Shown here one piece after another: positions 32,901-49,097 of a stretch of 64,000 nt of DNA. This DNA is from Eledone cirrhosa (lineage: Eukaryota), in contig OZ024740.1 in the NCBI GenBank assembly GCA_964016885.1, forward strand, positions 38,440,001 through 38,504,000, given 5' to 3'. Under the pieces are notes generated by a model, which saw only the letters and a program-made list of their open reading frames with translations, was not told the DNA's origin and ran no database searches. Made by a program: the position numbers and the translations under genes. How positions within the stretch are numbered: position 1 is the first letter of the stretch; each line of letters begins with the position of its first letter.

Positions 32901-35900
32901 TGTACCTAGCTATATCCTATAGTGCACCTAATTACATCTGACAGTGTACCTAGCTATATCTTATAGTGCACCTAATTACATCTCACAGTGTACCTAGCTA
33001 TATCTTATAGTGCACCTAATTATATCTCACAGTGTACCCAGCCATATCTTATAGTGCACCTAATTACATCTCACAATGTACCTAGCTATATCTTATGGTG
33101 CACCTAATTACATCTCACAGTGTACCTAGCTGTATCTTATGGTGCACCTAATTACATCTCACAGTGCACCTAGTTACATCTTATAGTACACCTAATTACA
33201 ACTCACAGTGCACATAATTACATCTCACAGTACACCTAGTTACATCTGATGGTGCACCTAATTACATCTCATAGTACACCTAGTTACATCTTATGGTGCA
33301 CCTAATTACATCTTATGGTACACCTAATTACATCTCACAGTGTACCTAGCCATATCTTATAGTGCACCTAATTACATCTCACAATGTACCTAGCTATATC
33401 TTATAGTGCACCTAATTATATCTCACAGTGTACCTAGCTATATCTTATAATGCACCTAATTACATCTCACAGTGTACCTAGCTATATCTTATAGTACACC
33501 TAATTACATCTCACAGTGTACCTAGCTATATCTTATAGTGCACCTAATTATATCTCACAGTGTACCTAGCTATATCTTATAGTACACCTAATTACATCTT
33601 ACAGTGTACCTAGCTATATCTTATACTGCACCTAATTATATCTCACAGTGTACCTAGCTATAACTTATAGTGCACCTAATTACATCTCACAGTGTACCTA
33701 GCTATATCTTATAGTGCACCTAATTACATCTCACAGTGTACCTAGCTATATCTTATAGTGCACCTAATTACATCTCACAGTGTAGCTAGCTATATCTTAT
33801 AGTGCACCTAATTACATCTCACAGTGTACCTAGCTATATCTTAAGGTACACCAAATTACATCTCACAGTGTACCTAGCTATATCTTATAGTGCACCTAAT
33901 TACATCTTACAGTGTACCTAGCTATATCTTAAGGTACACCTAATTACATCTCACAGTGTACCTAGCTATATCTTATAGTGCACCTAATTATATCTCACAG
34001 TATACCTAGCTATATCTTATAGTGCACCTAATTACATCTTACAGTGTACCTAGCTATAATCTTATAGTGCACCTAATTACATCTCACAGTACACCTAGCT
34101 ATATCTTATAGTGCACCTAATTTCATCTCAGTGTACCTAGCTATAATCTTATAGTGCACCTAATTACATCTCACAGTACACCTAGCTATATCTTATAGTG
34201 CACCTATTTACATCTCACAGTGTACCTAGCTATAATCTTATAGTGCACCTAATTACATCTCACAGTACACTTAGCTATATCTTATAGTGCACCTAATTAC
34301 ATCTCACAGTGTACCTAGCTATAATCTTATAGTGCACCTAATTACATCTCACAGTACACCTAGCTATATCTTATAGTGCACCTAATTACATCTCACAGTG
34401 TACCTAGCTATAATCTTATAGTGCACCTAATTACATCTCACAGTGTATCTAGCTATAATCTTATAGTGCACCTAATTACATCTCACAGTACACCTAGCTA
34501 TATCTTATAGTGCACCTAATTACATCTCACAGTATACCTAGCTATAATCTTATAGTGCACCTAATTACATCTCACAGTACACCTAGCTATATCTTATAGT
34601 GCACCTAATTACATCTAACAGTGTACCTAGCTATAATCTTATAGTGCACCTAATTACATCTCACAGTACACCTAGCTATATCTTATAGTACACCTAATTA
34701 TATCTCACAGTGTACCTAGCTATATCTTATAGTGTACCTAATTTCATCTCATAGTACACCTAGTTACATCTTATGGTGCACCTAATTACATCTCACAGTG
34801 CACCTAGTTACATATTATAGTACACCAAGTTACATCTTATGGTACACCTAATTACATCTCACAGTGTACCTAGCTATATCTTATAGTGCACCTAATTACA
34901 TCTCACAGTGTACCTAGCTATATTTTATAGTGCACCTAATTACATCTCACAGTGTACCTAGCTATATTTTATAGTGCACCTAATTACATCTCACAGTGTA
35001 CCTAGCTATATCTTATAGTGCACCTAATTACATCTCACAGTGTACCTAGCTATATCTTATAGTGCACCTAATTACATCTCACAGTGTACCTAGCTATATC
35101 TTATAGTGCACCTAATTATATCTCACAGTGTACCTAGCTATATCTTATAGTGCACCTAATTACATCTCACAGTGTACCTAGCTATATCTTATAGTGCACC
35201 TAATTACATCTCACAGTGTACCTAGCTATATCTTATAGTGCACCTAATTACATCTCACAGTGTACCTAGCTATATCTTATAGTGCACCTAATTACATCTC
35301 ACAGTGTACCTAGCTATATCTTATAGTACACCTAATTACATCTCACAGTGTACCTAACTATATCTTATAGTGCACCTAATTATATCTCACAGTGTACCTA
35401 GCTATATCTTATAGTGCACCTAATTACATCTCACAGTGTACCCAGCTATATCTTATAGTGCACCTAATTACATCTCACAGTGTACCTAGCTATATCTTAT
35501 AGTGCACCTAATTACATCTCACAGTGCACCTAGCTATATCTTATAGTGCACCTAATTACATCTCAGAGTGCACCTAGTTACGTCTTATAGTGCACCTAAT
35601 TACATCTCACAGTGCACCTAGTTACATCTTATAGTACACCTAATTACAACTCACAGTGCACATAATTACATCTCACAGTACACTAGTTACATCAGATGGT
35701 GCACCTAATTACATCTCACAGTGCACCTAGTTACATATTATAGTACACCTAGTTACATCTTATGGTGCACCTAGTTACATCTTATGCTACACCTAATTAC
35801 ATCTCACAGTGTACCTAGCAATATCTTATAGTGCACCTAATTATATCTCACAGTGTACCTAGCTATATCTTATAGTGCACCTAATTACATCTCACAGTAC

Positions 35901-38900
35901 ACCTAGCTATATCTAATAGTGCACCTAATTACATCTCACAGTACACCTAGCTATATCTTATAGTGCACCTAATTATATCACACAGTGTACCTAGTTATAT
36001 CTTATAGTGCACCTAATTACATCTCACAGTGTACCTAGCTATATCTTATAGTGCACCTAATTACATCTCACAGTGTACCTAGCTATATCTTATAGTGCAC
36101 CTAATTACATCTCACAGTGTACCTAGCTATATCTTATAGTGCACCTAATTACATCTCACAGTGCACCTAGTTACATCTTATGGTGCACCTAATTTCATCT
36201 CATAGTACACCTAGTTACATCTTATGGTGCACCTAGTTATATCTTATAGTGCATCTAATTACATCTCACAGTGTACCTAGCTATATCTTATAGTGCATCT
36301 AATTACATCTCACAGTGTACCTAGCTATATCTTATAGTGCACCTAATTACATCTCACAGTGTACCTAGCTATATCTTATAGTGCACCTAATTATATCTCA
36401 CAGTGTACCTAGCTATATCTTATAGTGCACCTAATTACATCTCACAGTGTACCTAGCTATATCTTATAGTGCACCTAATTACATCTCACAGTGTACCTAG
36501 CTATATCTTATAGTGCATCTAATTACATCTCACAGTGTACCTAGCTATATCTTATAGTGCATCTAATTACATCTCACAGTGTACCTAGCTATATCTTATA
36601 GTGCATCTAATTACATCTCACAGTGTACCTAGCTATATCTTATAGTGCACCTAATTACATCTCACAGTGTACCTAGCTATATCTTATAGTGCACCTAATT
36701 ACATCTCACACTGTACCTAGCTATATCTTATAGTGCACCTAACTACATCTCACAGTGTACCTAGCTATATCTTATAGTGCAATTAAGTACATCTCACAGT
36801 GTACCTAGCTATATCTTATGGTGCACCTAATTACATCTCACAGTGTACCTAGCTATATCTTATAGTACACCTAATTACATCTCACAGTGTACCTAGCTAT
36901 ATCTTATAGTGCACCTAATTACATCTCACAGTGTACCTAGCTATATCTTATAGTGCACCTAATTACATCTCACAGTGTACCTAGCTATATCTTATAGTAC
37001 ACCTAATTACATCTCACAGTGTACCTAGCTATATCTTATAGTGCACCTAATTACATCTCACAGTGTACCTAGCTATATCTTATAGTGTACCTAATTACAT
37101 CTCACAGTGTACCCAGCTATATCTTATAGTGCACCTAATTACATCTCACAGTGTACCTAGCTATATCTTATAGTGCACCTAATTACATCTCACAGTGTAC
37201 CTAGCTATATCTTATAGTGCACCTACTTACATCTCACAGTGTACCTAGCTATATCTTATAGTGGACCTAATTACATCTCACAGTGTACCCAGCTATATCT
37301 TATAGTGAAGCTAATTACATCTCACAGTGTACCTAGCTATATCTTATAGTACACCTAATTACATCTCCCAGTACACCTAGCTATATCTTATAGAGCACCT
37401 AATTATATCTCACAGTGTACCTAGCTATATCTTAAGGTACACCTAATTACATCTCACAGTGTACCCAGCTATATCTTATAGTGAAGCTAATTACATCTCA
37501 CAGTGTACCTAGCTATATCTTATAGTACACCTAATTACATCTCCCAGTACACCTAGCTATATCTTATAGAGCACCTAATTATATCTCACAGTGTACCTAG
37601 CTATATCTTAAGGTACACCTAATTACATCTCACAGTGTACCTAGCTATATCTTAAGGTACACCAAATTACATCTCACAGTGTACCTAGCTATATCTTATA
37701 GTGCACCTAATTACATCTTACAGTGTACCTAGCTATATCTTAAGGTACACCTAATTACATCTCACAGTGTACCTAGCTATATCTTATAGTGCACCTAATT
37801 ACATCTTACAGTGTACCTAGCTATATCTTAAGGTACACCTAATTACATCTCACAGTGTACCTAGCTATATCTTATAGTGCACCTAATTATATCTCACAGT
37901 ATACCTAGCTATATCTTATAGTGCACCTAATTACATCTTACAGTGTACCTAGCTATAATCTTATAGTGCACCTAATTACATCTCACAGTACACCTAGCTA
38001 TATCTTATAGTGCACCTAATTTCATCTCAGTGTACCTAGCTATAATCTTATAGTGCACCTAATTACATCTCACAGTACACCTAGCTATATCTTATAGTGC
38101 ACCTATTTACATCTCACAGTGTACCTAGCTATAATCTTATAGTGCACCTAATTACATCTCACAGTACACTTAGCTATATCTTATAGTGCACCTAATTACA
38201 TCTCACAGTGTACCTAGCTATAATCTTATAGTGCACCTAATTACATCTCACAGTACACCTAGCTATATCTTATAGTGCACCTAATTACATCTCACAGTGT
38301 ACCTAGCTATAATCTTATAGTGCACCTAATTACATCTCACAGTGTATCTAGCTATAATCTTATAGTGCACCTAATTACATCTCACAGTACACCTAGCTAT
38401 ATCTTATAGTGCACCTAATTACATCTCACAATGTACCTAGCTATAATCTTATAGTGCACATAATTACATCTCACAGTACACCTAGCTATATCTTATAGTG
38501 CACCTAATTACATCTAACAGTGTACCTAGCTATAATCTTATAGTGCACCTAATTACATCTCACAGTACACCTAGCTATATCTTATAGTACACCTAATTAT
38601 ATCTCACAGTGTACCTAGCTATATCTTATAGTGCACCTAATTTCATCTCATAGTACACCTAGTTACATCTTATGGTGCACCTAATTACATCTCACAGTGC
38701 ACCTAGTTACATATTATAGTACACCAAGTTACATCTTATGGTGCACCTAGTTACATCTTATGGTACACCTAATTACATCTCACAGTGTACCTAGCTATAT
38801 CTTATAGTGCACCTAATTACATCTCACAGTGTACCTAGCTATATTTTATAGTGCACCTAATTACATCTCACAGTGTACCTAGCTATATCTTATAGTGCAC

Positions 38901-41900
38901 CTAATTACATCTCACAGTGTACCTAGCTATATCTTATAGTACACCTAATTACATCTCACAGTGTACCTAGCTATATCTTATAGTGCACCTAATTATATCT
39001 CACAGTGTACCTAGCTATATCTTATAGTGCACCTAATTACATCTCACAGTGTACCCAGCTATATCTTATAGTGCACCTAATTACATCTCACAGTGTACCT
39101 AGCTATATCTTATAGTGCACCTAATTACATCTCACAGTGCACCTAGCTATATCTTATAGTGCACCTAATTACATCTCAGAGTGCACCTAGTTACGTCTTA
39201 TAGTGCACCTAATTACATCTCACAGTGCACCTAGTTACATCTTATAGTACACCTAATTACAACTCACAGTGCACATAATTACATCTCACAGTACACTAGT
39301 TACATCAGATGGTGCACCTAATTACATCTCACAGTGCACCTAGTTACATATTATAGTACACCTAGTTACATCTTATGGTGCACCTAGTTACATCTTATGC
39401 TACACCTAATTACATCTCACAGTGTACCTAGCTATATCTTATAGTGCACCTAATTACATCTCACAGTGCCCCTAGTTACGTCTTATAGTGCACCTAATTA
39501 CATCTCACAGTGCACCTAATTACATCTCACAGTACACCTAGTTACATATTATAGTACACCTAGTTACATCTTATGGTGCACCTAGTTACATCTTATGCTA
39601 CACCTAATTACATCTCACAGTGTACCTAGCTATATCTTATAGTGCACCTAATTACATCTCACAGTACACCTAGCTATATCTTATAGTGCACCTAATTATA
39701 TCTCACAGTGTACCTAGCTATATCTTATAGTGCACCTAATTACATCTCACAGTACACCTAGCTATATCTAATAGTGCACCTAATTACATCTCACAGTGTA
39801 CCTAGCTATATCTTATAGTGCACCTAATTATATCACACAGTGTACCTAGTTATATCTTATAGTGCACCTAATTACATCTCACAGTGTACCTAGCTATATC
39901 TTATAGTGCACCTAATTACATCTCACAGTGTACCTAGCTATATCTTATAGTGCACCTAATTACATCTCACAGTGTACCTAGCTATATCTTATAGTGCACC
40001 TAATTACATCTCACAGTGCACCTAATTACATCTCACAGTACACCTAGTTACATTTATGGTGCACCTAATTTCATCTCATAGTACACCTAGTTACATCTTA
40101 TGGTGCACCTAGTTATATCTTATAGTGCACCTAATTACATCTCACAGTGTACCTAGCTATATCTTATAGTGCACCTAATTACATCTCACAGTGTACCTAG
40201 CTATATCTTATAGTGCACCTAATTACATCTCACAGTGCCCCTAGTTACGTCTTATAGTGCACCTAATTACATCTCACAGTGCACCTAATTACATCTCACA
40301 GTACACCTAGTTACATATTATAGTACACCTAGTTACATCTTATGGTGCACCTAGTTACATCTTATGCTACACCTAATTACATCTCACAGTGTACCTAGCT
40401 ATATCTTATAGTGCACCTAATTACATCTCACAGTACACCTAGCTATATCTTATAGTGCACCTAATTATATCTCACAGTGTACCTAGCTATATCTTATAGT
40501 GCACCTAATTACATCTCACAGTACACCTAGCTATATCTAATAGTGCACCTAATTACATCTCACAGTGTACCTAGCTATATCTTATAGTGCATCTAATTAC
40601 ATCTCACAGTGTACCTAGCTATATCTTATAGTGCACCTAATTATATCTCACAGTGTACCTAGCTATATCTTATAGTGCACCTGATTACATCTCACAGTGT
40701 ACCTAGCTATATCTTATAGTGGACCTAATTACATCTCACAGTGTACCTAGCTATATCTTATAGTGCACCTAATTACATCTCACAGTGTACCTAGCTATAT
40801 CTTATAGTGCACCTAATTACATCTCACAGTGTACCCAGCTATATCTTATAGTACACCTAATTACATCTCACAGTGTACCTAGCTATATCTTATAGTGCAC
40901 CTAATTATATCTCACAGTGTACCTAGCTATATCTTATAGTGCACCTGATTACATCTCACAGTGTACCTAGCTATATCTTATAGTGGACCTAATTACATCT
41001 CACAGTGTACCTAGCTATATCTTATAGTGCACCTAATTACATCTCACAGTGTACCTAGCTATATCTTATAGTGCACCTAATCACATCTCACAGTGTACCC
41101 AGCTATATCTTATAGTGCACCTAATTACATCTCACAGTGTACCTAGCTATATCTTATAGTGCACCTAATTACATCTCACAGTGTACCTAGCTATATCTTA
41201 TAGTGCACCTACTTACATCTCACAGTGTACCTAGCTATATCTTATAGTGGACCTAATTACATCTCACAGTGTACCTAGCTATATCTTATAGTGGACCTAA
41301 TTACATCTCACAGTGTACCCAGCTATATCTTATAGTGAAGCTAATTACATCTCACAGTGTACCTAGCTATATCTTATAGTACACCTAATTACATCTCCCA
41401 GTACACCTAGCTATATCTTATAGAGCACCTAATTATATCTCACAGTGTACCTAGCTATATCTTAAGGTACACCTAATTACATCTCACAGTGTACCTAGCT
41501 ATATCTTATAGTGCACCTAATTACATCTCACAGTGTACCTAGCTATATCTTATAGTACACCTAATTACATCTCACAGTGTACCTAGCTATATCTTATAGT
41601 ACACCTAATTACATCTCACAGTGTACCTAGCTATATCTTATAGTACACCTAATTACATCTCACAGTACACCTAGCTATATCTTATAGTGCACCTAATTCT
41701 ATCTCACAATGTACCTAGCTATATCTTATAGTGCACCTAATTACATCTCACAGTGTACCTAGCTATATCTTATAGTGCACCTAATTACATTTCACAGAGT
41801 ACTTAGCTATATCTTATAGTGCACCTAATTACATCTCACAGTATACCTAGCTATATCTTATAGTGCAATTAAGTACATCTCACAGTGTACCTAGCTATAT

Positions 41901-44900
41901 CTTATAGTGCACCTAATTACATCTCACAGTACACCTAGCTATATCTTATAGTACACCTAATTACATCTCACAGTGTACCTAGCTATATCTGATAGTGCAC
42001 CTAATTACATCTCACAGTGTACCTAGCTATATCTTATAGTGCACCTAATTACATCTCACAGTGTACCTAGCTATATCTTATAGTGCACCTAATTACATCT
42101 CACAGTGTACCCAGCTATATCTTATAGTGCACCTAATTACATCTCACAGTGTACCTAGCTATATCTTATAGTGCACCTAATTACATCTCACAGTGTACCT
42201 AACTATATCTTATAGTGTACATAATTACATCTCACAGTGTACCTAGCTATATCTTATAGTGCACCTAATTACATTTCACAGTGTACTTAGCTATATCTTA
42301 TAGTGCACCTAATTACATCTCACAGTATACCTAGCTATATCTTATAGTGCAATTAAGTACATCTCACAGTGTACCTAGCTATATCTTATAGTGCACCTAA
42401 TTACATCTCACGGTGCACCTAATTACATCTCACAGTACACGTAGTAACATCTTATGGTGCACCTAATTTCATCTCATAGTACTCCTAGTTACATCTTATG
42501 GTGCACCTAATTATATCTCACAGTGCACCTAGTTACATATTATAGTACACCTAGTTACATCTTATGGTGCCCCTAGTTACATCTTATGGTGCACCTAGTT
42601 ACATCTCACGGTGCACCTAGTTACATCTTATGGTGCACCTAATTACATCTTAAGGTGCACCTAGTTACATCTCACAGTACACCTAATTACATCTCACAGT
42701 GCACCTAGTTACATCTTATAGTGCATCTAGTTACATTTTATGGTGCACCTAATTACATCTCACAGTGCACCAAATTACATCTTATGGTGCACCTAATTAC
42801 ATCTCACAGTGTACCTAGCTATATCTTATAGTGCACCTAATTACATCTCACAGTGTACCTAGCTATATCTTTTAGTGCACCTAATTACATCTCACAGTGT
42901 ACCTAGCTATAATCTTATAGTGCACCTAATTACATCTCACAGTGTACATAGCTATATCTTATAGTGCACCTAATTACATCTCACAGTGTACCTAGCTATA
43001 TCTTATGGTACACCTAATTACATCTCACAGTATACCTAGCTATATCTTATAGTGCACCTAATTACATCTCACAGTGTACCTAGCTATATCTGATAGTGCA
43101 CCTAATTACATCTCACAGTGTACCTAGCTATATCTGATAGTGCACCTAATTACATCTCACAGTGTACCTAGCTATATCTTATAGTGCACCTAATTACATC
43201 TCACAGTGTACCTAGCTATATCTGATAGTGCACCTAATTACATCTCACAGTGTACCTAGCTATATCTTATAGTGCACCTAATTACATCTCACAGTGTACC
43301 TAACTATATCTTATAGTGCACCTAATTACATCTCACAGTGTACCTAGCTATATCTTATAGTGCAACTAATTACATCTCACAGTACACCTAGCTATATCTT
43401 ATGGTACACCTAATTACATCTCACAGTGTACCTAGCGATATCTTATAGTGCAACTAATTACATCTCACAGTACACCTAGCTATATCTTATGGTACACCTA
43501 ATTACATCTCACAGTGTACCTAGCTATATCTTATAGTGCAACTAATTACATCTCACAGTACACCTAGCTATATCTTATGGTACACCTAATTACATCTCAC
43601 AGTGTACCTAGCTATATCTTATAGTGCACCTAATTACATCTCACAGTGTACCTAGCTATATCTTATAGTGCACATAATTACATCTCACAGTGTACCTAGC
43701 TATATCTTATAGTGCACCTAATTATATCACACAGTGTACCTAGCTATATCTTATAGTGCACCTAATTACATCTCACAGTGTACCTAGTTACATCTTATAG
43801 TACACCTAATTACATCTCACAGTGTACCTAGCTATATCTTATAGTGCACCTAACTATATCTCACAGTGTACCTAGCTATATCTTATAGTGCACCTAATTA
43901 TATCACACAGTGTACCTAGTTATATCTTATTTTGCACCTAATTACATCTCAGTGTACCTAGCTATATATTATAGTACACCTAATTACATCTCACAGTGTA
44001 CCTAGCTATATCTTAGTGTGCACCTAATTACATCTCACAGTGTACCTAGCTATATCTGATAGTGCACCTAATTACATCTCACAGTACACCTAGCTATATC
44101 TTATAGTACACCTAATTACATCTCACAGTGCACCTAATTACATCTCACAGTACACCTAGTTACATCTTATGGTGCACCTAATTTCATCTCATAGTACACC
44201 TAGTTACATCTTATGGTGCATCTAGTTACATCTTATAGTGCACCTAATTACATCTCACAGTGTACCTAGCTATATCTTATAGTGCACCTAATTACATCTC
44301 ACAGTGTACCTAGCTATATCTTATAGTGCACCTAATTACATTTCACAGAGTACTTAGCTATATCTTATAGTACACCTAATTACATCTCACAGTGTACCTA
44401 GCTATATCTTATAGTGCACCTAATTATATCTCACAGTGTACCTAGCTATATCTTATAGTGCACCTAATTACATCTCACAGTGTACCTAGCTATATCTTAT
44501 AGTGGACCTAATTACATCTCACAGTGTACCTAGCTATATCTTATAGTGCACCTAATTACATCTCACAGTGTACCTAGCTATATCTTATAGTGGACCTAAT
44601 TACATCTCACAGTGTACCTAGCTATATCTTATAGTGCACCTAATTACAGCTCACAGTGTACCTAGCTATATCTTATAGTGAACCTAATTATATCTCACAG
44701 TGTACCTAGCTATATCTTATAGTGCACCTAATTACATCTCACAGTACACCTAGTTACATCTTATAGTGCACCTAATTACATCTCACAGTGTACCTAGTTA
44801 CATCTTATGGTGCACCTAATTTCATCTCATAGTACACCTAGTTACATCTTATGGTGCACCTAATTACATCTCACAGTGCACCTAGTTACATATTATAGTA

Positions 44901-47900
44901 CACCTAGTTACATCTTATGGTGCACCTAGTTACATCTTATGGTACACCTAATTATATCTCACAGTGTACCTAGCTATATCTTATAGTGCACCTAATTACA
45001 TCTCACAGTGTACCTAGCTATATCTTATAGTGCACCTAATTACAGCTCACAGTGTACCTAGCTATATCTTATAGTGAACCTAATTATATCTCACAGTGCA
45101 CCTAGTTATATCTTATAGTCCACCTAATTACATCTCACAGTACACCTAGTTACATCTTATAGTGCACCTAATTACATCTCACAGTGTACCTAGTTACATC
45201 TTATGGTGCACCTAATTTCATCTCATAGTACACCTAGTTACATCTTATGGTGCACCTAATTACATCTCACAGTGCACCTAGTTACATATTATAGTACACC
45301 TAGTTATATCTTATGGTGCACCTAGTTACATCTTATGGTACACCTAATTATATCTCACAGTGTACCTAGCTATATCTTATAGTGCACCTAATTACATCTC
45401 AGAGTGTACCTAGCTATATCTTATAGTGCACCTAATTACATCTCACAGTGTACCTAGCTATATCTTATAGTGCACCTAATTATATCTCACAGTGTACATA
45501 GCTATATCTTATAATGCACCTAATTATATCTCACAGTGTACCTAGCTATATCTTATAGTGCACCTAATTACATTTCACATAGTACCTAGCTATATCTTAT
45601 AGTGGACCTAATTACATCTCACAGTGTACCTAGCTATATCTTATAGTGCACCTAATTACATCTCACAGTGTACCTAGCTATATCTTATAGTGGACCTAAT
45701 TACATCTCACAGTGTACCTAGCTATATCTTATAGTGCACCTAATTACATCTCACAGTGTACCTAGCTATATCTTATAGTGGACCTAATTACATCTCACAG
45801 TGTACCTAGCTATATCTTATAGTGCACCTAATTACAGCTCACAGTGTACCTAGCTATATCTTATAGTGAACCTAATTATATCTCACAGTGTACCTAGCTA
45901 TATCTTATAGTGCACCTAATTACATCTCACAGTACACCTAGTTACATCTTATAGTGCACCTAATTACATCTCACAGTGTACCTAGTTACATCTTATGGTG
46001 CACCTAATTTCATCTCATAGTACACCTAGTTACATCTTATGGTGCACCTAATTACATCTCACAGTGCACCTAGTTACATATTATAGTACACCTAGTTATA
46101 TCTTATGGTGCACCTAGTTACATCTTATGGTACACCTAATTACATCTCACAGTGTACCTAGCTATATCTTATAGTGCACCTAATTACATCTCACAGTGTA
46201 CCTAGCTATATCTTATAGTGCACCTAATTACATCTCACAGTATACCTAGCTATATCTTATAGTGGACCTAATTACATCTCACAGTGTACCTAGCTATATC
46301 TCATAGTGCACCTAATTATATCTCACAGTATACCTAGCTATATCTTATAGTGGACCTAATTACATCTTACAGTGTACCTAGCTATATCTCATAGTGCACC
46401 TAATTATATCTCACAGTGTACCTAGCTATATCTTATAGTGCACCTAATTACATTTCACAGAGTACCTAGCTATATCTTATAGTGCACCTAATTACATCTC
46501 ACAATGTACCTAGCTATATCTTATAGTGGACCTAATTATATCTCACAGTGTACCTAGCTATATCTTATAGTACACCTAATTACATCTCACAGTGTACCTA
46601 GCTATATCTTATAGTGGACCTAATTACATCTCACAGTGTACCCAGCTATATCTTATAGTGCACCTAATTACATCTCACAGTGTACCTAGCTATATCTTAA
46701 GGTATGCCTAATTACATCTCACAGTGTACCTAGCTATATATTATAGTGCACCTAATTATATCTCACAGTGTACCTAGCTATAACTTATAGTGCACCTAAT
46801 TACATCTCACAGTGTACCTAGCTATAACTTATAGTGCACCTAATTATATTTCACAGTGTACCTAGCTATATCTTATAGTGGACCTAATTACATCTCACAG
46901 TGTCCCTAGCTATATCTTATAGTGCACCTAATTACATCTCACAGTACACCTAGCTATATCTTATAGTGCACCTAATTACATCTCACAGTACACCTAGCTA
47001 TATCTTATAGTGCACCTAATTACATCTCACAGTGCACCTAGTTACGTCTTATAGTGCACCTAATTACATCTCACAGTGCACCTAGTTACGTCTTATAGGG
47101 CACCTAATTACATCTCACAGTGCACCTAATTTCATCTCATAGTACACCTAGTTACATCTTATGGTGCACCTAATTCCATCTCACAGTGCACCTAGTTACA
47201 TATTATAGTACACCTAGTTACATCTTATGGTGCACCTAGTTACATCTTATGGTGCACCTAGTTACATCTCACAGTGTACCTAGCTATATCTTATAGTGCA
47301 CCTAATTACATCTCACAGTGTACCTAGCTATATCTTATAGTGCACCTAATTACATCTCACAGTGTACATAGCTATATCTTATAGTGCACCTAGTTACATC
47401 TTATGGTGCACCTAATTACATCTCACAGTGTACCTAGCTATATCTCATAGTGCACCTAATTACATCTCACAGTGCACTTAATTACATCTTATGGTGCACC
47501 TAATTACATCTCACAGTCTACCTAGCTCTATCTTATAGTGCACCTAATTACATCTCACAGTGCACCTAATTACATCTTATGGTGCACCTAATTACATCTC
47601 ACAGTCTACCTAGCTATATCTTATAGTGCACCTAGTTACATCTCACAGTGTACCTAGCTATATCTTATAGTGCACCTAATTACATCTCACAGTGTACCTA
47701 GCTATATCTTATAGTACACCTAATTACATCTCGCAGTGTACCTAGCTATATCTTATAGTGCACCTAATTACATCTCACAGTATACCTAGCTATATCTTAT
47801 AGTGCACCTAATTACATCTCACAGTGCACCTAGTTACATCTTATGGTGTACCTAATTACATCTCACAGTGCACCTAGTTACATATTATAGTGCACCTAGT

Positions 47901-49097
47901 TACATTTTATGGTGCACCTAATTACATCTCTCAGTGCACCTAGTTACCTCTTATGGTGCACCTAATTACATCTCACGGTGCACCTAGTTACATCTTATGG
48001 TGCACCTAATTACCTCTCACAGTACACCTAGCTACATCTTATGGTGCACCTAGTTACATCTTATGGTACACCTAGTTACATCTTATGGCGCACCTAGATA
48101 CATCTTATGGTGCACCTAATTACATCTTATAGTACACCTAATTACATCTCAGTGTACCTAGCTATATCTTATAGTGCACCTAATTACATCTCACAGTGTA
48201 CCTAGCTATATCTTATAGTACACCTAATTACATCTCAGTGTACCTAGCTATATCTTATAGTGCACCTAATTACATCTCACAGAGTACCTAGCTATATCTT
48301 ACAGTGCACCTAATTGCATCTCACAGTGTACCTAGCTATATCTTATAGTGCACCTAATTACATTTCACAGAGTACTTAGCTATATCTTGTAGTGCACCTA
48401 ATTACATTTCACAGCGTACCTAGCTATATCTTATAGTACACCTAATTACATTTCACAGTGTACCTAGCTATATCTTATAGTGCACCTAATTACATCTCAC
48501 AGTATTCCTAGCTATATCTTATCATGCACCTAATTACATTTCACAGAGTACCTAGCTATATCTTATAGTGCACCTAATTACATCTCACAGTGTACCTAGC
48601 TATATCTTATAGTACACCTAATTACATCTCACAGTGTACCTAGCTATAACTTATAGTGCACCTAATTACATCTCACAGTGTACCTAGCTATATATTATAG
48701 TACACCTAATTACATCTCACAGTGTACCTAGCTATAACTTATAGTGCACCTAATTACATCTCACAGTGTACCTAGCTATATCTTATAGTACACCTAATTA
48801 CATCTCACAGTGTACCTAGCTATATCTTATAGTACACCTAATTACATCTCACAGTGTACCTAGCTATATCTTATAGTACACCTAATTACATCTCACAGTG
48901 TACCTAGCTATATCTTATAGTGCACCTAATTACATCTCACAGTGTAGCTAGCTATATCTTATAGTGCACCTAATTACATCTCACAGTGTACCTAGCTGTA
49001 TCTTATAGTGCACCTAATTACATTTCACAGAGTACCTACCTATATCTTATAGTACACCTAATTACATCTCACAGTGCACCTAGTTACATCTTATGGT
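29657..49097 (+). repeat. Copy 2 of the large duplication
   Basis: Colinear with 1-19485 but lacks one 44-bp unit present at about 4231-4274. Colinearity ends at ATGGTgCACC (19486) vs ATGGTaCACC (49098), after which the variant patterns differ. Confidence 0.96.
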
